DNA from: Amoebidium appalachense
Taxonomy: Eukaryota; Protista; Ichthyosporea
Assembly: GCA_963693365.1 (NCBI GenBank)
Contig: CAVNZM010000007.1
Location: 5,949,962-6,013,961 of the forward strand
Length of the DNA stretch: 64,000 bases
Reading direction: 5' to 3'
The translations under genes were made by a program, and so were the position numbers. The notes beneath the pieces are model-generated. The model ran no database searches and was not told the origin of the DNA. It saw nothing but the letters and a program-made list of their open reading frames with translations. This document shows positions 1-22,180 of the stretch, one piece after another; within the stretch, counting starts at the first letter, position 1; the number at the start of each line of letters is the position of its first letter.

Positions 1-1270
1 GCTGATAGGCCGTTGGGGCTCTCTTTGGGGGGGAAAAAACAAACATCACATGTTCCCTTGTTTTTAATGTTTTATGAAAGATAGCCTGGAACGTTGGTGT
101 TCTAGAAGGGTCGTCAGCCATCCGTGATCTCGAGGGAACAAGAAAAAAAAGAAAGAAAGAAAGAAAGAAAAGAAAAAAGCGCTCATACAGGCTCGGCTCA
201 TACAGGCCGTTTGCCGGCTTTTCGCTGCGCAAAAGCTGCCGCGTGTCACTGCGTGACATATAGCTAATTGCAGCGGATTATTTAGTCGCATTTGATTGGT
301 GTATTCATTTCATATGTGTCAAATTACGAGATAGCATTATCAAGGTCGACACATCGTTAAGTCCAAGCCTCATGAAGTGTCCAACAAAACCGTAAACAGT
401 GCGTGGCTCAGATAGCAAGTCCCAACGTCTCATCTGATTGGATAGGGACCTTGAGCCAACGCGAAGCAAATCTTCCTAACTCACGCATCTCTTCAAATGT
501 GCTGTATGTGGCCCTTTGTAAAGGAACCTAGAATCTGTATAATACGCCATTTCTACTTGTGTGTATATATATCAATCACACCCGCATACTTATAGGATGG
601 AAAAAAACAAAAAAAAAAACAGATAAACAACAGTATTTCTAGCCAGCCCGGCTGTGACATGCAACTCGTGATCACAGCCAACCATTTTAGGGGTTGACTA
701 AACACCATCTTGCCCACCCTCATCCCGGTATGTTGTTCCCAGGTGCTGCGTAAAAGTTGGTGTGTCACTGTGTGCACAAGTGCACGTGTAACGTGTGCAC
801 GTGTTTTCAGGTTTGATGCCGGAAGGAGCACAACAAAGGGGCTGTTACCTTTGGATACATAACGCCATTACCGAGCTGCATGGTGATATAAAGGGAAAAT
901 GTCGACGTTCTGGTATTACCAATGAGTTACGTTCATGAGAGGGGTTTGACCAGGCTGACTCCCCGGGTGTGGCCACGATGGTGGCCATCGGCAGACTCCA
1001 TCATGGCTTAGCTCAAGACATTTTCACGATGTTACAGCAGTAGGCCAAAAGGCAAAAAAACTGTGCTTTAGCTTGATGTGCATGAATAGTGGCATCCGCA
1101 TGTGCCCATTACGGGTACACATGTATCACCCCGCAAGTCTTCTTCCACAATCCTTGTTGCACGTTTATCAGTGCACTCTGACTTACGTATACCCAATGTT
1201 TGCATTTATTAATCCCCAGTCAGGAACAACTGGTGCCGGTAAATACCTACACATCTGCAGACAGGCATTA

Positions 1271-1376
1271 GTGTACTGTCGGTGCTGTGTGGTAGACGGT
1301 AGTTCCCTCGAGGGCCTGCAAGGATCCTCCGGGAACATTTGTACAAATTGTGATAAAATCATATTAAAAATGAAGG
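1271..1376 (+). mobile_element. 5'-truncated non-LTR retroelement 3' end (copy A) with 9-bp TSD
   Basis: Flanked by CAGGCATTA at 1262-1270 and 1377-1385. Body GTGTACTGTCGGTGCTGTGTGGTAGACGGTAGTTCCC...GGGAACA...TGATAAAAT matches the reverse complement of the insertion at 25559-25755. Ends in a stem-loop and an A-rich tail. Confidence 0.75.
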
Positions 1377-1729
1377 CAGGCATTACACGTTAAACTTTCC
1401 CTATGCTGAGCTAGCAGTCACTCACTTGCAGGGTTAAAAAGGTTGGTGTTTTTACATGGGTCTAGTTTTGCAGTGTATCCTCGCCCTCATTTTGCATTGC
1501 GAATTCAGTGGTGTACACTACTGTAACCAACATATCAAAAAGCAGGCTAAGGGAGAACCTTGCATTTACCAGGACAACGGTTCGAAAACTGTTGTTGTGT
1601 TGGCTATTAATAGAATTGGTTTGTGCTACTTCTTAACTCTCCTTCCTTGAGGAGTTCTTCTTAGGGTGAACTTATTTCAACCACCGTGTGAGCTTTTCAT
1701 AGCGACACTTGAAGAGGTGTGGTGTTGGT

Positions 1730-11424
<9,695 letters not shown>

Positions 11425-11569
11425 CTTTCAGATGAGGCTCGGCCTATCTACCTTCAATTAACCTATGCCACTGTTACAACTGTCGAGCACACTCTCGAAG
11501 TTCCGCCAGCAGGCTGAGTTTTGAAGCCGCGCGGTCAGGTGGCCAAAACAAAACAAAACGCGTTCGACG

Positions 11570-11680
11570 TCAGAATTTCCCACCAGTCTGCGCAACCAAT
11601 CAAAATGCGTATTCTTTCGCGCCATTGCTATATATGGCTCTTTGAACATTTGTTCAGCCAATCGACGCGGCGCTGCGCAC
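11570..11680 (-). promoter_or_regulatory. Probable GGH proximal promoter (CCAAT boxes, TATA-like element)
   Basis: CCAATC near 11596 and 11658 and CTATATAT near 11628, 170-240 bp upstream of the GGH ATG. Confidence 0.35.
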
Positions 11681-12754
11681 AAATGATTTTCCTTGCTTTA
11701 GCTTGCGTATTTCACTTTCTTTTTTTTTTTTTTTTTTTGTAAGCAAATGATTTTTTTGATGCTCAGCTGCGCATATGCAACCTTGCAAGTCACGACCTTG
11801 CTCTGTGACAGTTGCATACACCTCGACACATAGCCCACCAAAAGGTTCTTTTTGCAGGAACTGCAGGCACACAGGTACCGATTATAACCGCACGTTGTAC
11901 CCGTAAAATTGATGGTCCCATCAATAATGGTGCACAGTGCAGCCCCACTGCCCTGCTGGATTATTGTGGCGAAAGTTTCAAAAACTTTCAGCTCGTAGCC
12001 TGAACATATGTCCCACACCAAGAGGTCTGTTTATTGGCGGGGTCTATAAGACTTCCGCGCCAGCGACTTGCCCACCGGCACACACCCGTGGCAGGACCAG
12101 CCACCAGGCACACGTTCACATGCACAGCACATGCAGACACAGCACACGCCAAACACACACACACGGCATGTGCCATACAAGCACGCGCACACATACCACA
12201 GGCACACTATCTTCATGGCCGCATACGCCCAACCGCTGTACATAACGGGCGTGCAAGAACCAAAAACACCCACTAAGCCAATACGGGTCAAGTACCCGAG
12301 GCCTAGCGGAAACTTGAACTGCCTATTGGCCAAAAACAACCGACGGAAGCAATACGGTACGCATCACCACTAACAGGAGTTTTAAAACGTCCGAACTTCG
12401 TGAGCTATGCTTTCAACCAGGAAACTCATTCGCCCACTAGCCAATACTAAAGCACCCGTGTATGTGGACTATATACTACATATGCACCCTCACTGAAGAA
12501 AGAGATAACCGAAAAACCCTTCGCAAAGGCAAATAACCCGGCCATCATTCTACACAGTGCGGGTCATAGCGGCAGGAACAGAGAAATGAGATACACGAAA
12601 GAGAACCAGGGGGGTAAGGGATAAACGAGAAGAAAGAAAAAAAAGAAAAGGAGGGGAAATAAGACCTATATGCACACTTTTAGTTATTATACGCCTTGCC
12701 AAACCCCGCCCGACATGTAGACGGGGGCCAGCAGGCATAAGTCATTCCAGACGC

Positions 12755-13353
12755 TTAGATAAGCTCTGCAACATCCATAGGCATCTCGTCGATGGTGGTG
12801 TTGTAGAACTGCTCGATTTCGCGAAGGGCACGGGCGTCGTCCTGGGTAACGAAGTTAATAGCAACACCCTTGCGGCCGAAACGACCGCCACGACCGATTC
12901 TGTGAATGTAGTTCTCGCGGTTGGTGGGGAGATCGTAGTTGATGACCAGGGACACCTGCTGCACGTCGATGCCGCGGGCAAGCAGATCGGTGGTGATGAG
13001 CACACGGGAGGAGCCCGACTTGAACTCCTTCATGATCACCTCGCGCTCCTTCTGGTCCATGTCGCCGTGCTGTTGGGCAGACATGTTATTACTTCGTGAA
13101 TCGATGAGTTGTGTGTGCTACGTCTAAATGCATAATCTGCACCCCTCCCCCTCCCCCTCCCCCAAAACACACGTTTTTCCTTACAAAACCCCCACTCCTG
13201 ACTGAAATCCCTCCTGCCCTCCCCAATCCCAAAACACTCTTGCCCTCCTCATCCCCTTCCCTCGACATTCGTCCCCCACCTCCCCTTTCCCCTCAAGACA
13301 AGACATCGTGAAGGGAACACTAAGACATTGCCTGTATCAATGTCACCGTTTCG

Positions 13354-13385
<32 letters not shown>

Positions 13386-16300
13386 GATGCATACCATGGC
13401 AGACACGGTGAAGTCGCGTTGGTGCATGCGCTCGGTGAGCCAGTCGACCTTGCGGCGGGTGTTGCAGAAGATGACGGCCTGCGTGATGGTCAGCGTCTCG
13501 TACAGATCGCAGAGGGTGTCGAGCTTCCACTCCTCGCGCTCAACGGCAATGTAGAACTGCTTGATACCTGCACAGCAAAGAATTAGCACTCGAGATTCAC
13601 AAGCACCGAGTAGAGACTGTAGAGATGGTGTAAAATAAAAAACCCCTGGTGAAAGGGGGACAGGGGCTTTTCTCAAGAACACCCTCCCCCCGTGGGTCCA
13701 TGTTACAGACGCCAAGTATGTACATACCCATTGGAGTTTATAAAGGGTGATGAAGCAGGGGCGAAGGGGGGAGGGGAGTCTAGATTATTATGACTTGGTA
13801 TATGCCTACTCAACTTCTAGTGCAGCATTCAATGCACAGGCAACACAGAAACTGGGGGTGCAACAGCACCAACACACCAGCAGATCTACGTAATGCCCAC
13901 CTCAAATAATCAAGCAGCCGGTATGGAGTCGAACAAGAGAAAAAAATCGCTTGCTCAAGTGCCCCCCCCCCCCCCCACAACGGAGGCCAAAGTGCAACCA
14001 ACTACACGATAAGAAATACTGTGCAGAAAAATGACAATAGTATATGCAAGAGCAAACATGTACGTGTACAACAGCAGCAACATAGCATGCATGATGACAG
14101 AAGCGGGTGTGCGTGTGGTCAAGGGAGGGGTGGGGGTGGGAGGGCTGGACATGGAAGGGGGCACAAACCGAGACTCTCGCAGTCCCCATATTGTATCTTT
14201 ATAGTCGTGTCTTTTTAATGCTGTCTAGTATCTACAAATTGGAGATATCATGCATGTACGTGGAGACACCATGAATTCGCACAGACAACGCGCCCCCCCC
14301 CCCCCCCCCAAATGCAGCACATATAGCTGAGCCCTTACCATCGAGGGTAAGCTCCTCCTTCTTCACAAGAATACGGATGGGGTCCTGCATGAACTGCTTG
14401 GTGACCTCAAGCACCTCCACGGGCATGGTGGCGCTCAGAAGCACGACCTACAGAGAAGAGGAACACATTAGTGCTTGTTGGTAAAGCCATAGAAAAGGAC
14501 ACATCAGGTTTCGTTGGGAAAGCAAACCACATGGCAACGGTTTGTGTCACATATCAAACAAGATAGTCCCCAAACCCTGCCACACCACAGGCCTTCCACC
14601 TATCACATCAACGCCAAAAGCCTTGCAAGAGCACAGAGAGAGGCTCCTTTGTGCACACACCCCCTGCAGCCTGCACACTTCGAAGTCATGCACTTGGCAC
14701 ATGTACACACCTGGACGGTCTTGGGCATGAGCGTGAAGACGTCATAAATCTGGTCCTTGAACCCGCGCGACAGCATTTCATCGGCCTCATCGAGCACGAA
14801 CATCTTGATGCTGGTGGGTTCAAGAGCCCGGCGCTGTGCATGCATGGTGTAAGCAAACACCACTCGCAGCTATCTACTCACGACACTGCCACTACGCTGC
14901 GCCCCCCCCCCCCCCCTTGGTGCCTTTCGCCTCCCTTCCCCTCACCCCCCTCCACACACCTGCAACAATCTCGTCCCCCATCCTCCCACACACACCCTCC
15001 GAAGAAATATTTACTAAGAAGCCAAGCACCAAAAGCACCATCCTGCCTACTAATTTTGTCTCTTCTTCATACACGTAACCGTGCTAGCTACGTAACTACG
15101 CACGGGCACACACCTTCACCATGTCGTAGACACGACCGGGAGTGCCCACAACCACGTGGACACCGCTGCCGAGGATCTGCATGTCCTCACGCACGTTGGT
15201 ACCACCAATGCAGGCGTGGCATTCAGCCTTCAGGTAGTCACCGAGGGCCAGCACGACCTTCTGGATCTGCTGGGCAAGCTCGCGGGTTGGTGCAAGGACA
15301 AGTGCCTGCGTCTTGCGCACGCCCATGTCGATTGACTGCAGAATGGAGATGGCAAAGGTGGCCGTCTTGCCCGTGCCGGACTGGGCCTGGGCAATGACGT
15401 CGACTCCCTTGCAGCAGGGGATGATAGCGCGCTGCTGGATAGCAGACGGCTTCTCGAAACTAGGGACGAAAAAACAATCAGCATCGTGGAAAGTAACCTG
15501 ACAGTTTCGTCAGCTACATCTGCCGTGCAGACCACTTTTATTGCCAGAGCAGCGATCAATAGATTTGAACACCACATTGCCCAACCCAACTAGCAATCAG
15601 GGCAGCACCTAGATTTAGTCGACCATCTGTCTGCCGGGCCAATGCCATTCCACACACCACAGATATCTCCTCCTCCTCCCCCCCCCCCCCCATACCCATT
15701 GAGCCACTATACAGGCTACCCCCAACACCACCCAAGAGCCGAAATTTCATGCTCACTACAGGAGTACTACCTCATGGAAAAGTATCGTAACGACTGTGCA
15801 AACTAAATCCTCACTCACCCGTATGCGTAGATACCGCGGAGAAGGTCCTCCTTCAGGTTCATCTCATCGAAGCTGTCGACAACCTGGTCCCAATTGGACT
15901 GCACCCCAAAGCACGTTAACTTCATAAACAAAGAAAGCAGAGAAAGAATGTGTACCACATTTACATGTACATCAAAATTTAACCGTGAGAAACGTATCAT
16001 ATACCGCAACCACAAAACTACAAACACAAACAAGTCATCAGACACTGCAAACAAACTACAGTTAGCAACGTGAAGAGCACGAACAGCAAAACACAAAAAC
16101 GACGACCCAGCCAAGATCGTCTAACCCGACACACCCTAATGCACCGCCTCAACCAAAGCAAGCAGCAAGCGAGGCAAAAAGCGACGCCCGTGCCTGCTTC
16201 GAATCTTCACTAAAGAAGGCGGGAGATGTGTCCCTGCAAGCCCTTCATATGCACCCAACATAGAACTTGATGCCCGCAGAGATACAGAACTGGTTGCTGG

Positions 16301-16874
16301 CACGAGAAGGCACCAGCATGCACCAGCTAAAAAGAGTGTAGACAAGAAAATTGCTTGTAAGCACCCAAACTTAGGAGCTCAACCAAAAGCCCCCAAGACT
16401 AAACAAAGGTTCGGAACACCCACACACCTCGATCAGGAAATCCTCGGGATGATCATCCTTCTTCTGTTCAGCGGGGGCGGGAGCAGAGCTCCAGTCATCC
16501 CTGTAAAAGTACGCGTAAGTAAGCACATCGGCTTGCTTCAGGGTGTAGAGTCTCGAGCTCGCTGTTCATACGTTTAAGATCTGAAGATCCAGGAGGTTCA
16601 CACACCCATTCAAACACATCTACTGTGTGATCGTGAAGCTATAGTCTTCAGATGTTACGTGGCCTGTAAGTGCAGCAAAAAGTGCCGAATAACGTGAACC
16701 TATTCTATAAGTAGTCTTGGTTGGACACCTGACAGGCACGAGCCTTCTTTTCTGAGAACAAAACTGTCAAAATATGCTGCCTCCTTCCTCCTGTCCCAAT
16801 GTCTCGTGATGTAGCTACAGAGCCGTAGATTTCTCCGAGATGTTTTGGTCCAAAACTTACTTGTGGTCAGCCAT
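12755..16874 (-). CDS. EIF4A: Eukaryotic translation initiation factor 4A (DEAD-box helicase), 8 exons, 410 aa
   Basis: Exons 16874-16861, 16500-16428, 15898-15819, 15459-15114, 14833-14711, 14447-14339, 13567-13395, 13069-12755 (1233 nt, phases compatible). Motifs [64 protein letters not shown] and [13 protein letters not shown]. Confidence 0.98.
13615..13745 (-). ncRNA. Candidate intronic H/ACA-like RNA in eIF4A intron 6
   Basis: Sense strand: lower stem GGGGAGGGTGT/ACACCATCTCT, internal loop, upper stem AAAAGCCCCTG/CAGGGGTTTTT, then ACA 16 nt from the upper stem. A second hairpin lies upstream. No perfect ANANNA H box. Confidence 0.3.
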
Positions 16875-16899
16875 GTTGGAAACGAGTGGCGTAAAGCAA

Positions 16900-17850
16900 G
16901 CGCTCGTGAATCTGTTGTTTTGGCCGCACAAAAACTCTTCCCTACGCAGAGGTGAAGAGTTGATTCGCTGAGAAAATGGACCAAAACTGTGCTCGTTGTC
17001 CCATTTGTGACATCACCGGGCACTCCGACACGTGATTTTCACAGGCTGCGACAGAGTGCGACCGCCTGGTATTACAAGGTCGTGATTTGTATCTAATCAT
17101 AGCTATTCTATCTTTGAACAGCTGACCCTTAGCTATTTCCATGGGCACATAATATCGCAAAATCTTGAACTCTCAGAAGTGCACAAAGTTTTGAAATCAA
17201 TATAGTTATCATATATTTAGCTTTTACCATATTCTTGGGTTCTTTATTTTATAACCAGACCTAGGACGTGACTGTAGGGCCAGGGTTTTGCTTAGGTAAC
17301 ACCCAATCAGTGTTTAGGAATGCGATCAATCTATGGGATGCCTCAGGTATTTTCATCTGGCCAATCCACGAGCGGCAGGTTCACTGAACAGCCGAGGGCT
17401 TGGATAACATGCACTCGCTCATGCTGTTCGACAGCAATTTTGTTTTATTGACAGGAAATACTTGACGGAAATCTACCAGATGTTTACATTTACAAACCGT
17501 TTCTTGGACAAACAGACCTGTGACAGTTGATTTAGCCTGCTTATCACAATTGCCACGTGCACACCTGTTGGGACGGAAAGGGCGCCAAAATGTTGGAGCC
17601 CACTACTACATGACCTCTATCCAATCACTACCTATTTTAGCTTTATTCGAACCGCACATTCGCGAAGAGAACCGATTCGCTCTGCTTTCTGACCCACGGG
17701 CCAAACTGAGGCGTGGTCCCCGGCCGGCCCGCCCGTTGCTTTTTAGGATTTCGAAGGAGCCACCACCACTCTGGGGTGTATATGTTTTTCTGTTGTAGCG
17801 AATTCACTGTGTAGTTGTTGTGTCTTCTTAGTAATCTAACTAGCTACACG
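16900..17850. promoter_or_regulatory. Divergent (head-to-head) promoter region between eIF4A and the COX7A-like gene
   Basis: Microsatellite-free interval between oppositely oriented gene starts, with CCAATC near 17303, 17361 and 17621. Confidence 0.4.
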
Positions 17851-18505
17851 ATGACCGCACACCGCTTGAGACCTCTGGCCGGCAGGCTCCATGCCACGGA
17901 TCGCTTTTCCGCTTTCGCTACACAGGTATTCACTCAAGCAGGGACATGCATGTTCGGGCAGTAATTGGTAGCATAAACGAGAACGATGAATGAAAAGGAA
18001 AACCGGAGGCCGTCACTGTTGCCTTTTCATATGATTTTGATATCTTATTTACAAAAGTCACAATGATCTAGGCTTAGAGAATAGGATGGTGTCCAAATGC
18101 ACACATCCCCTTGACTTTGTTACTTTGCTGGTAAACCTCGAAGAGCAAAGACTGGGCACGGCTACACTTGTTTGCTGCAAATCAGCCTCCTTCTGTTTCA
18201 ACTCCCTTACATATCATTCATCTCCACATCGTCGCATTCCATAAGGATTACGTATATGGGTGGTAACGTCAATAGATGGTTGCTAAAGACTCGGGATGCA
18301 TACAACCCAGGGGCACATATTCCTCTTTCAAAGATTGTAAGGGGCGCGCCTATGAGACGCTAATACACCTCGGATGACAAGTTTATTTTTCATAGGTACC
18401 TCCCATGGTCGTTGTTACCATCCTCTCACACTACACGATAATGAAAGAAAAGCTGCACATGGAGGTGAAAATCATCAAACATTTGCTAAAACCTCACAAC
18501 TGCAG

Positions 18506-18607
18506 ATGTTTCATGTCCCCCACATCAGCGAGATCCACTTTGCTGGTGGTGTGCACAAGGCCCACGCAGCCGCTGCCGCATCTCACCATGCAGCTGCTTC
18601 CGGTTAG

Positions 18608-18658
<51 letters not shown>

Positions 18659-19501
18659 ACACACACACATGCACACATGCACGAACACACCACAAAGTCA
18701 CCGAGAAGCACCTTAACCGCCTGCATGTGTAAAGAAATAAGAATTGGAGAGGAAAGAAGAAAACATGAAAAAAGCTTTTCGCACTGGGCTCTGGAATTCT
18801 TACTGTGTGCAAGCTGCTCTTTGGGTTGCAGAAGACATGTGGCATGCAAGTTGGCGACTTGGGGAACATACATGCAGGGATTTGCACACTTTCCCTTTTT
18901 TTAGCATGACTGGGAGGGACGCAGGGTTTTCTAGTGTACAGGTTTATGAGACAAAGTGATGCAAACGGCGGGGCAGGGTTATGTGTACACACACGTGTAG
19001 ATCTTGCAGGTGCCAACTATAACAACCACACAGGGAAAGAAGACAACTCTCTCCCCTCCCTCTCCCCCTTGCCTTGCGCCTTTCCCCGGTTTCCCACCAC
19101 CGTGTAGAGTGAGGCGTACTTAACGGCACTTCATTCACCCTTGTAGGCCATATTTATTTTACCTTTCGGGTCAAGCAGGTGTGCATCATGCCAATTATAT
19201 GGCTTCATACCATTTCGCTCTGACCCGACCCGGGAACAAACACACACACACACACACACACATACACACTCACACACACACACCCATACATGTGGTAAAG
19301 GAAATTAGAGGTTTTTTTCTTACGTTTTTCCTTCAATATGTGCAGCTAGCGGTGGTGGCCTTGTGATGCGTCCCAACCTCGTACCGGTCGAGCAGGCATA
19401 CTTCCAGGTACTTGATTGATTGTGTGGGCTGGATCGTGGCTCTGTGCCTCCATTTTTGGTGGCTTTGCTGCGTTTTTTTGGTTTTACCTTCATTCTCGCT
19501 T

Positions 19502-19566
<65 letters not shown>

Positions 19567-19616
19567 CACACACACACACACTGAGTGTGGATGCGGGGGT
19601 GGGTGTCTTTCCCCCC

Positions 19617-19649
<33 letters not shown>

Positions 19650-19779
19650 CTTTTTTCCCCCTCTATTTTTCTCTCCACATCTGTGATGGCCGGAGTTAAA
19701 TATTGTGGTAGGGGTCGGGTTTGTGTGTGTGTGTGTTGTGGTGTAGGTGTTTGTTTTTTATTTTACGTTTTATTTTTTA

Positions 19780-19810
<31 letters not shown>

Positions 19811-21289
19811 GTGGGGGGGGGGGGGGGAGTTGTTAGTTCAATGTGGGAGGCCTTGATGAAACTTGAGTCGATTTTCCACGCATCGGCTCGATTTTTTTTT
19901 TTTGTGTGTGTGTGTGTGATGGTGGAGGCGTGCGTTTGTGTGTGTGTGGGGGGGGGGGGGGGGGGGGGACAAGCGAACACATCCAACAAATGAAACAACG
20001 TGTTTCTCCCTTTTGGGGTTTTTTTTTGGGGGGGGAGGGGAGGGGGAGTCTAGGCTAAGATGTGTTTTTGGGGGGGGGGGGGGGGGGGGGTAAGGACAGG
20101 TGTGTGCATTAGGTTTAATAGCCTTTCAGGGGGTGCTGTGGATTATTCTTTGCGGTGTGTTGCTGACCCCTGTGCGGCTGACAGAACAACCCCCACGGTG
20201 TGCCAATCTACCAGCTGGGCAAGAGCGATGCACTGGTATGTATTTTTATTTTTATTTTAAATTGTCTTTTTATTTTTATTTTTTTTTCCCTCCCTTCTCC
20301 CCCCCCCCCCCCCCCCCCCTTGGGCCCTCCCTGAGGATGGGCTCTGCTTATGACGCATACTGTGCGCACGGCTGATGTTGCATACTTGAATGTTTGCCTT
20401 TGCATGTGTCCTGCATCATGCTTCTCATCGTGTATGCGTACTTCGTACTGTGTTCCGCATTCAAACCCCCCCCCCCCCCCCCCCCCCTTCCCCCTTCTTC
20501 CTTGTCCCTTCTCCCTTCTCCTTTCTTCCTGCCCAAACCATCGACAAATGCATTCATTCAGGCACTTAAACAATTAAACACAACATACACACATGCACAT
20601 GCACATACACCCACAAACCTGCCGCGTGTGCATGCGTGGTTTGCCGTAAATGTACGTGTACCCCTCCAAGATTTCTCTTTTCCAATTTACATGTCCTACA
20701 CGTTGTACACCTACGTATTCTTGCATTGTCTCTTTTCCCTGAGCACATACTCCTCATTCCTCCGTGATCTTTGATTACCGGTACGATTGTCATTTGTGTT
20801 CCGATATTTCCGTAGTGATTACCTTTCGGTGGGTTTGTGCAGTGTGTGTTAGGTTTTTCGCGGAACTGGATGAACGGGACAGGACCCAAAGTTTGCCTGT
20901 GTGTTACATGACGCTAATAATTTGATCCGCTTTGTTTTTTTTGGGGGGGGGGGGGGGGGCTGTGTTTTGGTATGGCTGTTTCTGGGCCATGGTAAATTTA
21001 TCATTAGCTGTTTTTGGCTTTTTGTGCTGTTTGTGGTGTTGATCGTACTTACCAGGGGCTAACCAATGGCCCTTTGAGGGGTCCTTTTTTCCTTTCCTCC
21101 CTCTCACTTGGGCCTCTCTGAGGATGGGCTCTGCTTATGACGCATACGGTGCGCATTGCTGATATTGCATACTTGAATGTTTGCCTTTGCATGTGTCCTA
21201 CACCATGCTTCCCATCGTGTATGCGCACTTTGTACCGTGTTCCGCATTCATACCCCCCCCCCCCCCCCCCCCCCCCCCCCTTATTTTTT

Positions 21290-21320
<31 letters not shown>

Positions 21321-21484
21321 GGGCTCTAAAAAAGATTTGATCGGTGACATCAGGAGCTAATTGTTGGTTGGTTGGTGCATCACAGGTCAACAAGGTGATT
21401 GGTGGCCTGTCAGTCGTTGCTGTCGTCTGTGTGCTCTACGGCATCGGCTCCATGGCTGTCGGCGCAAACAAGAAGAAGAACTAA
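18506..21484 (+). CDS. COX7A: Cytochrome c oxidase subunit 7A/COX7-like protein with His/Ala-rich N-terminal extension (102 aa from this ATG)
   Basis: Exons 18506-18602, 19346-19407, 20185-20235, 21386-21484 (GT-AG, in phase) give MFHVPHISEIHFAGGVHKAHAAAAASHHAAASASGGGLVMRPNLVPVEQAYFQNNPHGVPIYQLGKSDALVNKVIGGLSVVAVVCVLYGIGSMAVGANKKKN. The N.V...Q..FQ...G.P....G..D.L pattern, single TM helix and basic tail resemble COX7A. A phase-0 upstream exon at 17851-17925 (MTAHRLRPLAGRLHATDRFSAFATQ) may encode a presequence. Confidence 0.7.
20320..20463 (+). repeat. Dispersed ~143-bp repeat, copy 1
   Basis: Near-identical to 21108-21250 (TGGGCC..CTGAGGATGGGCTCTGCTTATGACGCATAC...TTGAATGTTTGCCTTTGCA...TTCCGCATTCA); followed by poly(C). 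Confidence 0.85.
21108..21250 (+). repeat. Dispersed ~143-bp repeat, copy 2
   Basis: Aligns end to end with 20320-20463 with scattered substitutions; followed by poly(C). Confidence 0.85.
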
Positions 21485-22180
21485 GCATCACGTTCCTATA
21501 TCGTATACATCGAATTCCGATGTCGTATGGGAGATGATCTCTTACACGTATGCACTTAGAAGTGGGACGTGTGTGGTGTTACACGTATGCCCTTAGAAGT
21601 GGGACGTGTGTGGTGTTCTCTTCATGTAAAGCAAGTTTGATTCGCCGATAAATAGGACACCCTTCCCTTTTGTTTATTGTCCTTTTATGCTGGTTAAGTT
21701 GTTCTTTATTTTCGGTTTTGTTTTGCACATATACACCATTGGTACACATGAGTTACAAGACGCTATCAGCTTCATGCACTACACCATCGCCTGCTTTGAT
21801 TGGTGGGTGATTTTAAACACCTGCTTTGATTGGTTGGTTAACGTTACCACAGTAATGGTGGGTTACACGGGTGTGACCACCTTTGTGACATTTGTATAGA
21901 TACAGGCCCTTTGGGGTTATTCACGTATCATTTTGGTCCCCTTTGTCATGGTGGGACAAAGTGGGGAAGCCCCCCCCCCCCCCCACCACCACCACCACCA
22001 CCACCCCCTCCTCCTCCTCCTCCTCCCCGGATTGTTTCATTGTTTCGTCCACACACATTGTTATCGTTTTGCTCTGATGCACACAATACAGGTACCGACT
22101 CATACCACAGCATCAACTGATCTTGGGGGGTTTTCGCATACGAGGATAAGGCGTCGAAACTTAGATGCAATAGATGACTC

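Noticed and set aside
14500-14615. C/D snoRNA candidate in eIF4A intron 5 (CTGA near the 3' end)
   Set aside because: No convincing RUGAUGA C box, terminal stem or recognisable rRNA complementarity.
20331-20356. CTGAGGA plus a short stem in the 143-bp repeat, and CTGACGAAAC in eIF4A intron 3, as hammerhead ribozymes
   Set aside because: The first lacks GAAA after stem II and the second has no stem II, so no complete core can be built.
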